Positions 41,101 through 47,884 of a stretch of 64,000 nucleotides of DNA are shown here, one piece after another. Positions within the stretch are counted from its first letter, which is position 1. Every line of letters starts with the position of its first letter. The stretch is from IMG/VR virus record IMGVR_UViG_3300010297_000002, positions 1-64,000 of that record; one strand, written 5' to 3'. This DNA comes from a virus. The notes below the pieces were generated by a model. It saw only the letters and a program-made list of their open reading frames with translations. It did not search any database and was not told the origin of the DNA. Both the position numbers and the translations under genes were made by a program.

Positions 41101-41789
41101 AAGAACTTCAGACTCTTCTAGATAAGAGAATGAAGATTGAGAAGAAGCGAAGTGCTGCTATCAGGAAGTTGGAGTCTGAGCAGGCTCGCGACGCTAAACG
41201 AAGAGTGACTATGAACGAGAGGATTGAATCTCTTAATCAGAAGATCCAAGAATCTAAAAATCCAGATTCTCAGGTAAATCTTAACAGAAAGACCAGAATC
41301 CAGGAAATCGAGAACAGCTTAGCTCGTATGGACACGAGCAGTGATCGAGCTGTTGAGGAATTCGAGAAGATCGAGAAGTTCTTCGAACCCATCAATAATG
41401 GTGTCAAAAAACTTGTGGCAAAGATTAAAGAGCATAAGAAAAAGTTCGACAATGGCCATAACTCTTTGAATGCTCTTTATGCCGAAATCCACGCTAATGA
41501 GGACCTTCTACGAACGTTCGCGGACGGTCCGACTCTGTTTAAGATGGGTTTAATCAATCGCCCTGGTCCAAGGGGTGGTAGGATTAAGAGTCCTACGGCT
41601 AAGGGACTAGAAGCACAGATTAAGCGTGAGAATAAAATAGAAAGATTATTACGGCGGTTCAGTACCGCTATCGAGGAAGATATTTCGATTACTTCTTCTC
41701 TCAAAGATTTAGATTTATTGAAAAGATTATTAGTTAAGGAATTAACGAACCTACTTGAGGATGAGAGACTATCGGATTTGTTAGTTTAA
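32106..41789 (+). CDS. Giant (approx. 3.2 kaa) K/E/D-rich helical orphan protein, possibly an internal virion/ejected protein
   Basis: Uninterrupted ORF. ATG 32106 preferred (GGAAGG upstream) over TTG 32070. Extensive coiled-coil character, no recognisable catalytic motif. Confidence 0.55.
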   Translation: MKDLNTKNLRKTVIANVVDQVMGRDFSTFLKLKPDSQLEVLSKLVSEYGQDQRVLVKRAALSQIKSMIGVVAASREEDAADQGRFRERDVDVLNDVFSSEVRGLASRAILDQNKALAEQLDNKWGLGFFSELGTDTIKEIVAKFKDFWTKTNFNKQKKTSRVFDEKFETFREAVSDYKDLEDEFKEAAAKRAQMVKDLQTFTQDPEVKQEAYDTFDVYENKDLILKELNTFIDRLGRFGIKSLLDSKQFAAFVDFYQDDLPGIGAALFKASSIFDKNKDFLNDTKVKVYDEDRQEAVESSLSKILSENFNRDIYLLTLDENIRELEEYKSELKDEEPTERNLKELRKVEKSIESFRARQEDLEESRSWIVDGLENLDIYGMIKGDLQKFRKKATEEFLAKRKEIEDRERVDSDGNKLPRMAPPKLTSQDKREIEKATEKYRRKLLEKARQEATEKGLGFPEAVRKDLGVLRESVNHIQETLFDFKSYIEKSRNNAIDSLQEITRGEVDWDSVNAVEDYERIQNMLTRRESTIRKRLDFFGYSDYRIFIDRSTGYTAITLDGKTVPVRDLMKSITKSDLLDRYERGSNSPKESFNADYDSTLSDLVSEVGDVLDKQVEKEDLEAMKSKFTELISGQNEKGELDEDSSRRAFEFMTDLSSSLALFDKKVQLEEALELSNNGEKSGLDVNIKALAPAIFRKDKAPKNPMLPDLDETTYQAFMAKVFGINVDKPLEDLSDEEVQAMSFDPVLLKKISDSESFRDVSSMVTKAPGILKDLESAEESQIYREILSDVTKSIKAMDDVRLDTVGGSSGGEGSSPSDLVQDSIEILKSAIAGLPTQVFTTEGMEGSSVFQSLNQEALTFLAESVIDFPQFFNPETVRVFKDDAAAVKAARDALAANSKAIRDLEESKGNSKKSHKKLAEPEPTSSLEELRAKTPKLEKDLKDKKRVLEQKLKSINILDSLDLGAQGAGDASTVRVFSNMVEKLQKVVSNSLQMKVLEELAVLNRDKIEERAGQLLLIADAVKTQAQDSDIAAKWAKKLKTEKGDSVLAMVKEALEYFNPDSSKGDFAKYLQKSSVNNKGEASLPSVFALTSEGKAVAGSESISKLAVSALMSDVFDESMRDQDKAAKVYDEIGSWQVNAVDPEKAKLLKDFRSSLEDNFIKENSSDWRAHEAAKKEKFKAERKLAKSSAGLSELRRKLKKYADLLEKGPKDQETLEKKIKRLSNEKAMLKRIDKQKNSMVELEAQFKELHAKCGPLVEAERAHSTAKREYGELGSIPSVSLSNEDRKNIEERKAELRQIMEENFTKIKESKERGDCSIDEFNKVSSDYFSKKEKLEKLEAEYATREDALQRAESQLRKLKSSMGAAPGRLSKLRDAFDKDNPDSKLSKHYQLIDERNKAREDYASTYGVIAKGMADIDSKVEEKRQSLFKDRIAESGVLSSIQNDLNDESLIADKIDELGLSSILEPVLDKVPTDLLNVGDRFKFEEENTGVLNPHPDGGTILSPEASSILGDLVASKFTTSLPESSSVRRFFEDSMLSSSNLDKLDLGKYVRQTVSNTAVDFARKAQRDKGMSTSLVDRLSGNKRGETALIMELASGEDVEETLISQEQVTEGKDQAEGITGQDVLQDIENQDQDQEREDMLRKRTPDKKDESDLGDSRVEQMVNGFRVEMDRVLPILANETLFLDKGEKLKKDLEKFNMPQLQKAFGFTDQSQKNYEEILATKRALYDQLGRNGFVNLFKNGARLERVIGRGPFKEMSEEIFSSKEAYAKTSPVYILMKYFILPYVDIWMSGASDPQAVLKDKIMKEVESGILSLSMQKSFDEFMQDLSNNKSSQERAKAIFEEANEELLKSIINPKEMNNFVVGRVFNKTDFLAALSVFNMPYMKALVPKDGKLYFIPETDTREQFLSANPEKAKEMLDSLGSDPSGKFYANKSAPVIYELDFTKGIKLKETNPLFKAAISKVRANTVEDFMKALDPVFQDYFKEIYQKNVDRFDRSFNVKKVLSFVKDWESPDQKKKRKKQEAILQRNLDIQKMMAFEKMRQIAPSSYAAKASEYEKLMKKLKVSSYEELLEKFDSDFVKNKDKAAVKKLNDFKTIRATLGSEWGEGLTGKSRIMNISRKIDKHYRELMEEYDNLMFSLMDGEDRGDLRTVKKEFEELKARVDSKKFLKDTQLFKKIYESTGQSKKTDFGLKDALKFSEYLNSGYLGNPKVLEKFGSSLKPEDSKQFFRRVGLFFATINKIQADPKLRDKLSSKINNKLKGLDSSLNSNQDKVDSLRLYSEFDFDWDTYTKSLRDSKNLKDQYDRFIEMLKDPKAMASFLEVSEASKEKIHQFLYGLMDPESTKNEIDAYNSRKDKFDVNVSSDEVQEIMDAAKSGNLRDKFKDFFDLLDSDPEFKSFLYRLSGGLMKAASQLLSKKALLASLQEDLIDAKESGDADSEANAQSLVDSQRDEVSKANARLGAIKERVLALLKSKSVKGNHKGLLAFLISDMDQIQEQAAAYKDRSDKLSSNANRFRMDLDRYKMDYEEERSKFTREFEDIPEDQARTEIELQGDAAAQKAMRDEFNLAQSEVIKLGNQKKSFLNQAGPLMDLLEGGGSNEAINKHREKFMDQYRGLILNLDRYVKDPKTKAVLEKHLYNPVFESFNKVAPKVKKVLQMFTIKSMEKIADSLLSDDKGLNEKAAGNLNSLADIFEKADKFGPIYDRELQKYLENPDPSKNGEIKSIFALPMTFDLSTLRDVRGSDLIRQNFTAKADKFVAKLAEKAIPVFNAKRNEALEQAKFTLFKNNKDIRPFDKLESLQKGLINELYSLNKKKREHEGEYLELYNAQKSSDDRIEEGGFMGELRKKLSDISSQIARKEEELSKVRAEMNQYEEAADLSLKGELENLESAIRPFIGSTFGRSLFKLGKVGDLKNLDELASFKSKVIPKINNAINAGKWASAYALYKDNLDNLKNYPDSYKSLRRKFKKYAKDIQLRFDFQVQGSDSLEGLQEELQTLLDKRMKIEKKRSAAIRKLESEQARDAKRRVTMNERIESLNQKIQESKNPDSQVNLNRKTRIQEIENSLARMDTSSDRAVEEFEKIEKFFEPINNGVKKLVAKIKEHKKKFDNGHNSLNALYAEIHANEDLLRTFADGPTLFKMGLINRPGPRGGRIKSPTAKGLEAQIKRENKIERLLRRFSTAIEEDISITSSLKDLDLLKRLLVKELTNLLEDERLSDLLV

Positions 41790-41837
41790 TTCTTGAAATT
41801 ATAAACGGCTTTCGTTATCCTAAATACCAGGAGTATT

Positions 41838-43358
41838 ATGATGGCGAAAGATGCAAGAAAAGCGGCTAGTTCTGTCAATTTAATTTCGGTTGATAGCACT
41901 GTCATTCCCTTTTCCACATCTGTCCAGCGAAACGGTCTGGGCAGATCCAATGTCACTACTCGTGTAGGTAAAGAGGGCCAAGTTGTTGATGGCCGGACGG
42001 GTGAGATTATGGAAGACAAAAAATCAACCTCTACTTTAGACGCAAGCTCCGAAGGAAGTTCCCCTTTAGATTCAGATTCTTTTTCCATGCAAGGAGATCT
42101 TCTGAGTAATATGGGAATGTCCTCGGCTAACCCAGGAGTAGCTCGTAATGTTCCTGCGTCCCCGGCGTATGGTGCGGCTTCCTCTGCAGCGGCTCGAGAT
42201 GCTATGTATCAAAGAGCCCAGGGGAGCCTAGCGGCTCCCGCAGGTGCCAATCAAGGTCGTTATATGTACGGGGTTCATAATTCCGAGCAGTTAGAATCCC
42301 AGAGGAATTCTTATAACTTAGGATCGGGTGAAGTCCAAAGCTCCGCTACGGACTTTGATCCCTTCGTATTCAAAGATCGTTTATTGAAGTTCTTTAAGGC
42401 TCGCCAGAAGATGTTACGAGCTGCCCAGGAAAAGGGTGAAGAAGAGTTGGAGAAGTGTCTTAAGTCTAAGTACAAGTCGTATTTCACAGCCCCCAGGGTA
42501 AAGGTAGACTTCGATCAACTGCTGTTTGTGATCACCGACTTACTGGAGTTTGGTGACTTAGATGATTGCCCAGCTTTCGATAATCTTCTGGATATCAAAG
42601 GCGTTCCACCAGATTACGAAGAGCAGAGAATGCGGTTCGAGGAACAGCAGAAAATGGCCATGGAGGCTAACCGCCATCGAGTGGCCGAGCAGCAACGACT
42701 TATGGATGTAGAATCAGCTAAGCATTTCATTCCAGATCGAGCTATGCGTTATAGTGCGGAAGAGGGCGAAGATAGCAGACCTCTTACTCCAGAAGATCTA
42801 GCAGGTCCGGAGCCGGAAGACGGCGAGGAGATCAACCTCACTGTAAGAACAGGAACGCCTACCGACGGCAAAATTACACCTAATTCACGCCCTGTTCAGG
42901 ACTCAGGGGGATCTACTAACTTTGACGCTTACTTCGGAACTTCTTCGGAAGATCTTCCGAATTATCAGAGAGTTCGTCGTACAGGTTCTACTAAAGTTCT
43001 TTCTGCGGATGAGTTGGTAGCTGGACTGACCGCTAAGAAGGAAGGAGTCGAAGAGCATTCTATCGATATCCTGAAGGCGGAAGAGTTCGAGTCTTGTAAG
43101 AAGTTCAAGTGCCCAAAGTACTCTTTGTTCTCTGTTGGGGACTATGCTTCTATTACTGGAAGAAACCCAGACGTGAAGACCAGTACCTTGTTCAAAGCCT
43201 GTTGTGATTGCTTCAATAAAGAAGGGTGTCCTCAGTCTAAGGTTTATAATGAGGGAGAGACTATCATTTACCAGTCCACCCTAGAATCTATAGGCGATGC
43301 GGAAGCTGCTCATAACGTGATTTTATCCCTCAGGCTTAAGAAGGCCGGGTCTCAATAA
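41838..43358 (+). CDS. Hypothetical protein (low-complexity N-terminus, C-terminal Cys cluster)
   Basis: AGGAG RBS. CxxxxC...CCxC...C near the C-terminus. Confidence 0.55.
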   Translation: MMAKDARKAASSVNLISVDSTVIPFSTSVQRNGLGRSNVTTRVGKEGQVVDGRTGEIMEDKKSTSTLDASSEGSSPLDSDSFSMQGDLLSNMGMSSANPGVARNVPASPAYGAASSAAARDAMYQRAQGSLAAPAGANQGRYMYGVHNSEQLESQRNSYNLGSGEVQSSATDFDPFVFKDRLLKFFKARQKMLRAAQEKGEEELEKCLKSKYKSYFTAPRVKVDFDQLLFVITDLLEFGDLDDCPAFDNLLDIKGVPPDYEEQRMRFEEQQKMAMEANRHRVAEQQRLMDVESAKHFIPDRAMRYSAEEGEDSRPLTPEDLAGPEPEDGEEINLTVRTGTPTDGKITPNSRPVQDSGGSTNFDAYFGTSSEDLPNYQRVRRTGSTKVLSADELVAGLTAKKEGVEEHSIDILKAEEFESCKKFKCPKYSLFSVGDYASITGRNPDVKTSTLFKACCDCFNKEGCPQSKVYNEGETIIYQSTLESIGDAEAAHNVILSLRLKKAGSQ

Positions 43359-43385
43359 TTCATTAATATTTCACGCCAAAGTGAG

Positions 43386-43658
43386 ATGAGATCAGACCTA
43401 GTAGCATTTTTTCAAGCAGTTAGTTACGCCTACGATAAGTGGGAAAGTTACTCCGAGAAGGATAACGCATTCTTTGTAGATTCCTTCAAGAACGACCATG
43501 TTCCTAGAATCATGGAGATATGGGGACTGGATCACAAAGCGGCTAATGAGGCTGTCGATGATGCTATCTTCAGTGTTAAATCAAGATCAGTTCTTGCTAA
43601 AAAGCATTCAAAGTCTGTAGTTGCCAATCTACACTTCCTGAGCAAAAGGCTAAAGTAA
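43386..43658 (+). CDS. Hypothetical protein
   Basis: 90-aa ORF, tightly packed. Confidence 0.5.
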   Translation: MRSDLVAFFQAVSYAYDKWESYSEKDNAFFVDSFKNDHVPRIMEIWGLDHKAANEAVDDAIFSVKSRSVLAKKHSKSVVANLHFLSKRLK

Positions 43659-43659
43659 G

Positions 43660-44238
43660 ATGGATGACTCTTTGTTTCTTCCCCAGGATATAATGGAGAA
43701 GAAGGACATAGCTAAGTGTTTCTTTCATTTGTCGAAAGCTCTTCAGAGTATGAAGATGGTGATGAGTGATTCCTTCGATCGAAGAGATCCATCTCTTATT
43801 AAAGAATATGAACGAGACGTTCAGAGGAAGCTAAAGAACCTTCACATGAGTCTAGATGCCCCTAAGTATACAGATACTGGGGATATGGATGTGGAATTCG
43901 TTTCTAACATGGCGATTCCAATGGCTCCTCTTTTAGAAAAGCTCCACAATTTCCTACTCAAGAGGCTGGATACTGTTTCTTTGTTTATAGACAGTAACTA
44001 CTATTTCGGCCTGACGAAGAACCTTCGAAGATATGTAATGTCTCACTACAACCTAACTGCTGAGGATTTAGATTCTCTGCAGAAGAGAGGGTCTTATTTT
44101 ATTTATGACCAGGATCGGGATTCATTATTTATTTTTGACAAGAAGCTTCTCCCAGCAGTTCTGAAGTACCTTGTTTACAAGGGCGAGGACGTTGAGCTCT
44201 TCTATATTTTGAAGAAAATGGAATTTCTTTTAAAATAA
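43660..44238 (+). CDS. Hypothetical protein
   Basis: 192-aa ORF, tightly packed. Confidence 0.5.
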   Translation: MDDSLFLPQDIMEKKDIAKCFFHLSKALQSMKMVMSDSFDRRDPSLIKEYERDVQRKLKNLHMSLDAPKYTDTGDMDVEFVSNMAIPMAPLLEKLHNFLLKRLDTVSLFIDSNYYFGLTKNLRRYVMSHYNLTAEDLDSLQKRGSYFIYDQDRDSLFIFDKKLLPAVLKYLVYKGEDVELFYILKKMEFLLK

Positions 44239-44344
44239 TTTCCAATTTTTGAATTTTCTTTTAGTTTTGTTTTTCGATCAGTAATATCTCTACAGGTATT
44301 TGTTTTGGTAATAGGGTATTAACGAACTACAGGAGTTTAAAACT

Positions 44345-45493
44345 ATGGAAACTGCCGAAAATACAAACAAGGTGCATTACCGCCCACGACCTTCTAAGAC
44401 GGAAGGTTACTTTTCAGATGAGAACATTACGATTCTCTCAAACGCAATCACATTCAATCAACCAGTCTTGCTTCAAGGTGAGTCGGGCACTGGTAAGAGT
44501 ACGATTGTACGATGCCTCGCTCGTCAAAAGGGTGTCGAGGTTGTACGTATCGATGGCTCGGGGAATTTGACCGAAGATGAGATCATCGGATGTCAGACTT
44601 TGGAGCCCGGTGAAGGCGGTATGCCTAAGCTGACTTGGAAAGACGGATTTCTCACGGACTGTGTACGTCATGGTAAGTGGTTGATCCTTGAGGAAATCAA
44701 TGGTATCAAGCCGTCAGTACGCCTGTCATTACACTCCATTTTGGAGGACACAGGGTATTTGACTCTTCATACAGGTGATAAGGTCTTCAAACATCCTGAT
44801 TTCCGATTCTTCGCCACGATGAATCCTCCTTCGATTCAGTACACTGGTACTCAGCGAGATAACTTCGCTTTTAAGGATCGTTTCATTCCAATTCCGATTT
44901 CGTACCTGGATGCGGAGACTGAAACTGAACTTCTTCTGGAGTACTTTGGTTATGGTGAGGCTTACTACGCTCACGAAAAGATCAAGGAAGTTATCAGTAC
45001 TCTGTGTGAATATGCTTCCAGTCAGAGAGAGCGTTATGCTAACGGCGATGGAATCGAGTTCCCATTGACCACTCGTAAGTTGATTCAGTTGATTCAGCAC
45101 GCCCATACCATGAACTTTGATCTGGTTTTCGATCAGTTCATGAGAGGTATTTCTGACAAGGCTTCCGCCAAGGCGATGCATGATCAGTTGGTGACCATGA
45201 TTTCCCCAGGGTCTACTGATGATGTGATCTTCAAGGACAGTGGGAAGACTATCCCATCTACGGACCTTACAGCGGCAATTGAAGCTCTGGAGGACGGTGT
45301 TCATGAAACCAAGATCAGTGGTAGTTCTCCTACCGAGGCCATCATTAACATGGGCAAGGACGTTGACTACTTTAAGGTAGCTTACAACTTCTCTTACGAG
45401 GATGTTGTAGCTGACGAAGAACTCTCTGAGTTCGATGCCTTGTGTATCGAGTCCGCTCGTGATTTCATGATCGGTCGCGGATACTTAAAGTAA
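44345..45493 (+). CDS. MoxR-family AAA+ ATPase (CobS/CbbQ/NorQ-like)
   Basis: GESGTGKS Walker A, ILEEIN Walker B, FATMNP sensor, DRF arginine finger. AGGAG RBS. Confidence 0.9.
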   Translation: METAENTNKVHYRPRPSKTEGYFSDENITILSNAITFNQPVLLQGESGTGKSTIVRCLARQKGVEVVRIDGSGNLTEDEIIGCQTLEPGEGGMPKLTWKDGFLTDCVRHGKWLILEEINGIKPSVRLSLHSILEDTGYLTLHTGDKVFKHPDFRFFATMNPPSIQYTGTQRDNFAFKDRFIPIPISYLDAETETELLLEYFGYGEAYYAHEKIKEVISTLCEYASSQRERYANGDGIEFPLTTRKLIQLIQHAHTMNFDLVFDQFMRGISDKASAKAMHDQLVTMISPGSTDDVIFKDSGKTIPSTDLTAAIEALEDGVHETKISGSSPTEAIINMGKDVDYFKVAYNFSYEDVVADEELSEFDALCIESARDFMIGRGYLK

Positions 45494-45525
45494 TAGTAGT
45501 ACGGATTTTACCCTAGAGGTCTACA

Positions 45526-47355
45526 ATGTCTGAGATTATTCAAGAAAATAAAAACACTAACGCCAAAAAAGCCATACCCAATTACTCGGTGGGTTTGTCC
45601 CGAGCTGATCAGCTCGCTAAGGCCATCGTAAACAAGTATGGGGTTAACGTGAAGGTTGGGGAGTCTCCCTGCGTAGATCTCAAAACCAATACCATCTACG
45701 TACCTCCGTTCGATCCGAATGATGATACTGATGTTTCAAACATGATTCATTATATTGTTCATGAGGTTGGACACATCCTCTACTCGGATCAAACGGAGCT
45801 TCGTGGAATTAAGTTCAAGATCCTGAATGTGACCGAAGACCAAAGAATTAATGCCAAGCAAGAGTTGAAGTACGCTGGAATCAGTTTCAAGGTCATGGAG
45901 CAGAGAATCATGGATAAGATGGCTCGTTCCAATAAGAAGTCCCAGGAGAGGGTCGATGACTTTGTAAAGAAGCTAGAGGAGTCTGGTGTAGACCAGCTCT
46001 TTGGTATCGACAAAGAGAAGATCAAAGAGAACCAAGAGGCTATCGAGAACTTGAACATCTTCATTTCAGGTCTTCTGATGAAATGTCATGGTGTTGCTAA
46101 GGCTAAGATTAAAAAGCACTTCAAGAGGCAGGATTGGTGGCAGGCCTATGAGTCCATCGAGAGTCTTCTGGAGCATAAATGGGTGAAGATTCCGTCCTCA
46201 GCCCTGCTGGAGGATGATGCTGAGGCCATCTTCGATGCGATCAAGGATTTACTTCCTGAGAACTTCGAGAACGAAACTACGTCCGACGGGTCCCATGTGG
46301 TCTCCATGCCAGCGGATGGGTTCGGTCAAGGAGACCCAGCCGATCAATCTGATCAGGGGCAGCAAGGGGGCCAGGGCGGTGACCAACCTTTATCTCAGCA
46401 AGGGGGGACCCACTCAGAGAATGGTTTTTCTAATGAGGACTTGGAGAATAAAGTAAAGAACTCCTCTTGCCGTAGTGACAATGTCACTGAGGAGGAGTCC
46501 TGGTCCGATGGTGACAAGAACAACAACCCCTCTTACGGGACAAATCTCACTGATAGGGTTATGGAGAACACAACTTTCTACCGGTATAACCCGAACAGTC
46601 ATGCAGGTTCTTGGTCTCAGCGAGATCGTTTAGATCTTCGGTCGAAGATGTTCTACAACCGATTTCTAGATATGCTTCTAGTCGAAGACCAGATAGATCA
46701 TCAGGACGGTTATTCTTCTGGGAAGTTGGCCAAGCCTCATAAGATCATGACCAGTCCTCGAATCTTCTCTAAGATTCAAGATGGAGTTACTCATGAAAAG
46801 GTAGACGTAACGATTATTTGCGACTATTCCGGTTCCATGGGAGGTTACACCCAGAATGTGGCTGAAGTAGGAGGAGGGATTGCTTTGGCTTTGTCGAAGC
46901 TGCAGATCCCTCATCAGATGTTCGGTTACGACTCATCATATGGGAGTGACTGTAAGGTTTATGAGATAATTCCTTACAGCACTATATTTGATGCACGGAT
47001 GTGCGACGCTCTGTTTAAGATGAATTCTGGTGGAGGAACCCCGACCGGAGAGGCCTTGATGTATTGCTTGGAAAAGCATGTGTTACCCAAGCCTGGGTTT
47101 CGTAAGTTGGTGTTTTTGATTACGGACGGATGTCCGAATAATCCTTCTTACACGGAAGATATAGTTAAAATCTACCGAAGGTACAAGGACATCAAGTTAT
47201 CCGGTATTGGAGTGGGTAGTAGTTGTGAGAACCTACTCCGACATATACCAGACGCAATGCTGATGAAGGACTTCGAGCAGTTCACTGTCGAAGGGCAGCA
47301 GAAGTTCTTTAATGACCTGGAGAAATTCATGGTTGGCGGTCGCACAATAATTTAG
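45526..47355 (+). CDS. CobT-like vWA protein with N-terminal HExxH metallopeptidase-like domain
   Basis: HEVGH, NVTEDQRIN, acidic Gly/Gln linker, MIDAS DYSGS, GGTP, ITDG. Confidence 0.88.
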   Translation: MSEIIQENKNTNAKKAIPNYSVGLSRADQLAKAIVNKYGVNVKVGESPCVDLKTNTIYVPPFDPNDDTDVSNMIHYIVHEVGHILYSDQTELRGIKFKILNVTEDQRINAKQELKYAGISFKVMEQRIMDKMARSNKKSQERVDDFVKKLEESGVDQLFGIDKEKIKENQEAIENLNIFISGLLMKCHGVAKAKIKKHFKRQDWWQAYESIESLLEHKWVKIPSSALLEDDAEAIFDAIKDLLPENFENETTSDGSHVVSMPADGFGQGDPADQSDQGQQGGQGGDQPLSQQGGTHSENGFSNEDLENKVKNSSCRSDNVTEEESWSDGDKNNNPSYGTNLTDRVMENTTFYRYNPNSHAGSWSQRDRLDLRSKMFYNRFLDMLLVEDQIDHQDGYSSGKLAKPHKIMTSPRIFSKIQDGVTHEKVDVTIICDYSGSMGGYTQNVAEVGGGIALALSKLQIPHQMFGYDSSYGSDCKVYEIIPYSTIFDARMCDALFKMNSGGGTPTGEALMYCLEKHVLPKPGFRKLVFLITDGCPNNPSYTEDIVKIYRRYKDIKLSGIGVGSSCENLLRHIPDAMLMKDFEQFTVEGQQKFFNDLEKFMVGGRTII

Positions 47356-47357
47356 TA

Positions 47358-47386
47358 TTGACAATAGTTATTTGATAACTTAAGAT
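47358..47386 (+). promoter_or_regulatory. Sigma70-type promoter of the leader-tRNA operon
   Basis: TTGACA (47358-47363), 17-nt spacer, TAAGAT (47381-47386). Confidence 0.85.
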
Positions 47387-47393
47387 TAAGTAT

Positions 47394-47474
47394 ATGACTT
47401 ACAAGTTTTTGGTAAATAGTGATTCCAGTTCCTCTTCGGATTCAGATCCGAGGGGAGGGTTTCCTGTTCGCTAA
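47394..47474 (+). CDS. Ser/Asp-rich attenuator leader peptide MTYKFLVNSDSSSSSDSDPRGGFPVR (26 aa, not in the ORF track)
   Basis: ATG at the predicted +1. Codons 9-18 are AGT GAT TCC AGT TCC TCT TCG GAT TCA GAT. Stop TAA at 47472-47474, upstream of the terminator. Confidence 0.8.
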   Translation: MTYKFLVNSDSSSSSDSDPRGGFPVR

Positions 47475-47506
47475 AAATTAGCAAGTCATTTGCAAAAACC
47501 CTCACC
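47431..47506 (+). promoter_or_regulatory. Attenuator protector (1:2) and antiterminator (2:3) elements
   Basis: CTCTTCGGAT-tcag-ATCCGAGGGG hairpin. GAGGGTTT (47455-47462) is complementary to AAACCCTC (47496-47503), which overlaps the terminator 5' arm. Confidence 0.75.
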
Positions 47507-47530
47507 CGAAAAGGTGGGGGTTTTTTGTTT
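47494..47530 (+). terminator. Attenuator intrinsic terminator (3:4) immediately upstream of the tRNA genes
   Basis: AAAAA-CCCTCACC-cgaaaa-GGTGGGGG-TTTTTTGTTT. Confidence 0.88.
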
Positions 47531-47536
47531 TCATTT

Positions 47537-47609
47537 GGTTCCGTAGCTCAATGGTTAGAGTACCGGCCTGTCACGTCGGGGGTTGCGAGTTCGAGTCTCG
47601 TCGGAACCG
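47537..47609 (+). tRNA. tRNA-Asp(GTC)
   Basis: GGTTCCG/CGGAACC acceptor stem, CCGGC-ctGTCac-GTCGG anticodon arm, GTTCGAG T-loop. No encoded CCA. Confidence 0.95.
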
Positions 47610-47614
47610 TATTT

Positions 47615-47697
47615 GGAAGAGATCCGGCTAGATGAGGAGCACGCCTGGAAAGCGTGTGCGTTGAAAAGCGTTGCGGGGGCGGGACCTGCCTCTTCCG
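47615..47697 (+). tRNA. tRNA-Ser(GGA), non-canonical D and T loops
   Basis: GGAAGAG/CTCTTCC acceptor stem, CACGC-ctGGAaa-GCGTG anticodon arm, long variable arm. T-loop GGCGGGA instead of TTCGRAY. Confidence 0.75.
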
Positions 47698-47704
47698 TAT
47701 TTTT

Positions 47705-47787
47705 AGTAGGTTGGCCGAGTGGTAAGGTATACGGTTGCTAACCGTAAGTCTCCGTAAGGAGCGGTGGTTCGATCCCACCACCTACTG
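47705..47787 (+). tRNA. tRNA-Ser(GCT)
   Basis: AGTAGGT/ACCTACT acceptor stem, TACGG-ttGCTaa-CCGTA, long variable arm, TTCGATC T-loop. Confidence 0.92.
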
Positions 47788-47793
47788 CATTTT

Positions 47794-47879
47794 AGTAGAT
47801 CGGCCGAGTGGTTGAAGGCAGCCGCCTCGAAAGCGGTAGAACTTGATCAGTTCCGTAGGTTCGAATCCTACATCTACTG
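47794..47879 (+). tRNA. tRNA-Ser(CGA)
   Basis: AGTAGAT/ATCTACT acceptor stem, GCCGC-ctCGAaa-GCGGT, long variable arm, TTCGAAT T-loop. Confidence 0.92.
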
Positions 47880-47884
47880 TATTT

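Noticed and set aside
32106-41789. Virion RNA polymerase or tape measure identity for the giant ORF
   Set aside because: No DxDGD or T7-like polymerase motifs recognised (DSDGN is not a match). Composition and location do not fit a tape measure.
47494-47530. T-box riboswitch (AAGGTGG resembles part of the T-box)
   Set aside because: GGTGG lies in the 3' arm of the terminator and is not followed by nACC. There is no specifier stem I. The leader-peptide model explains the region better.
47548-47781. 77-aa minus-strand ORF from the ORF track
   Set aside because: It is the antisense of the tRNA genes.
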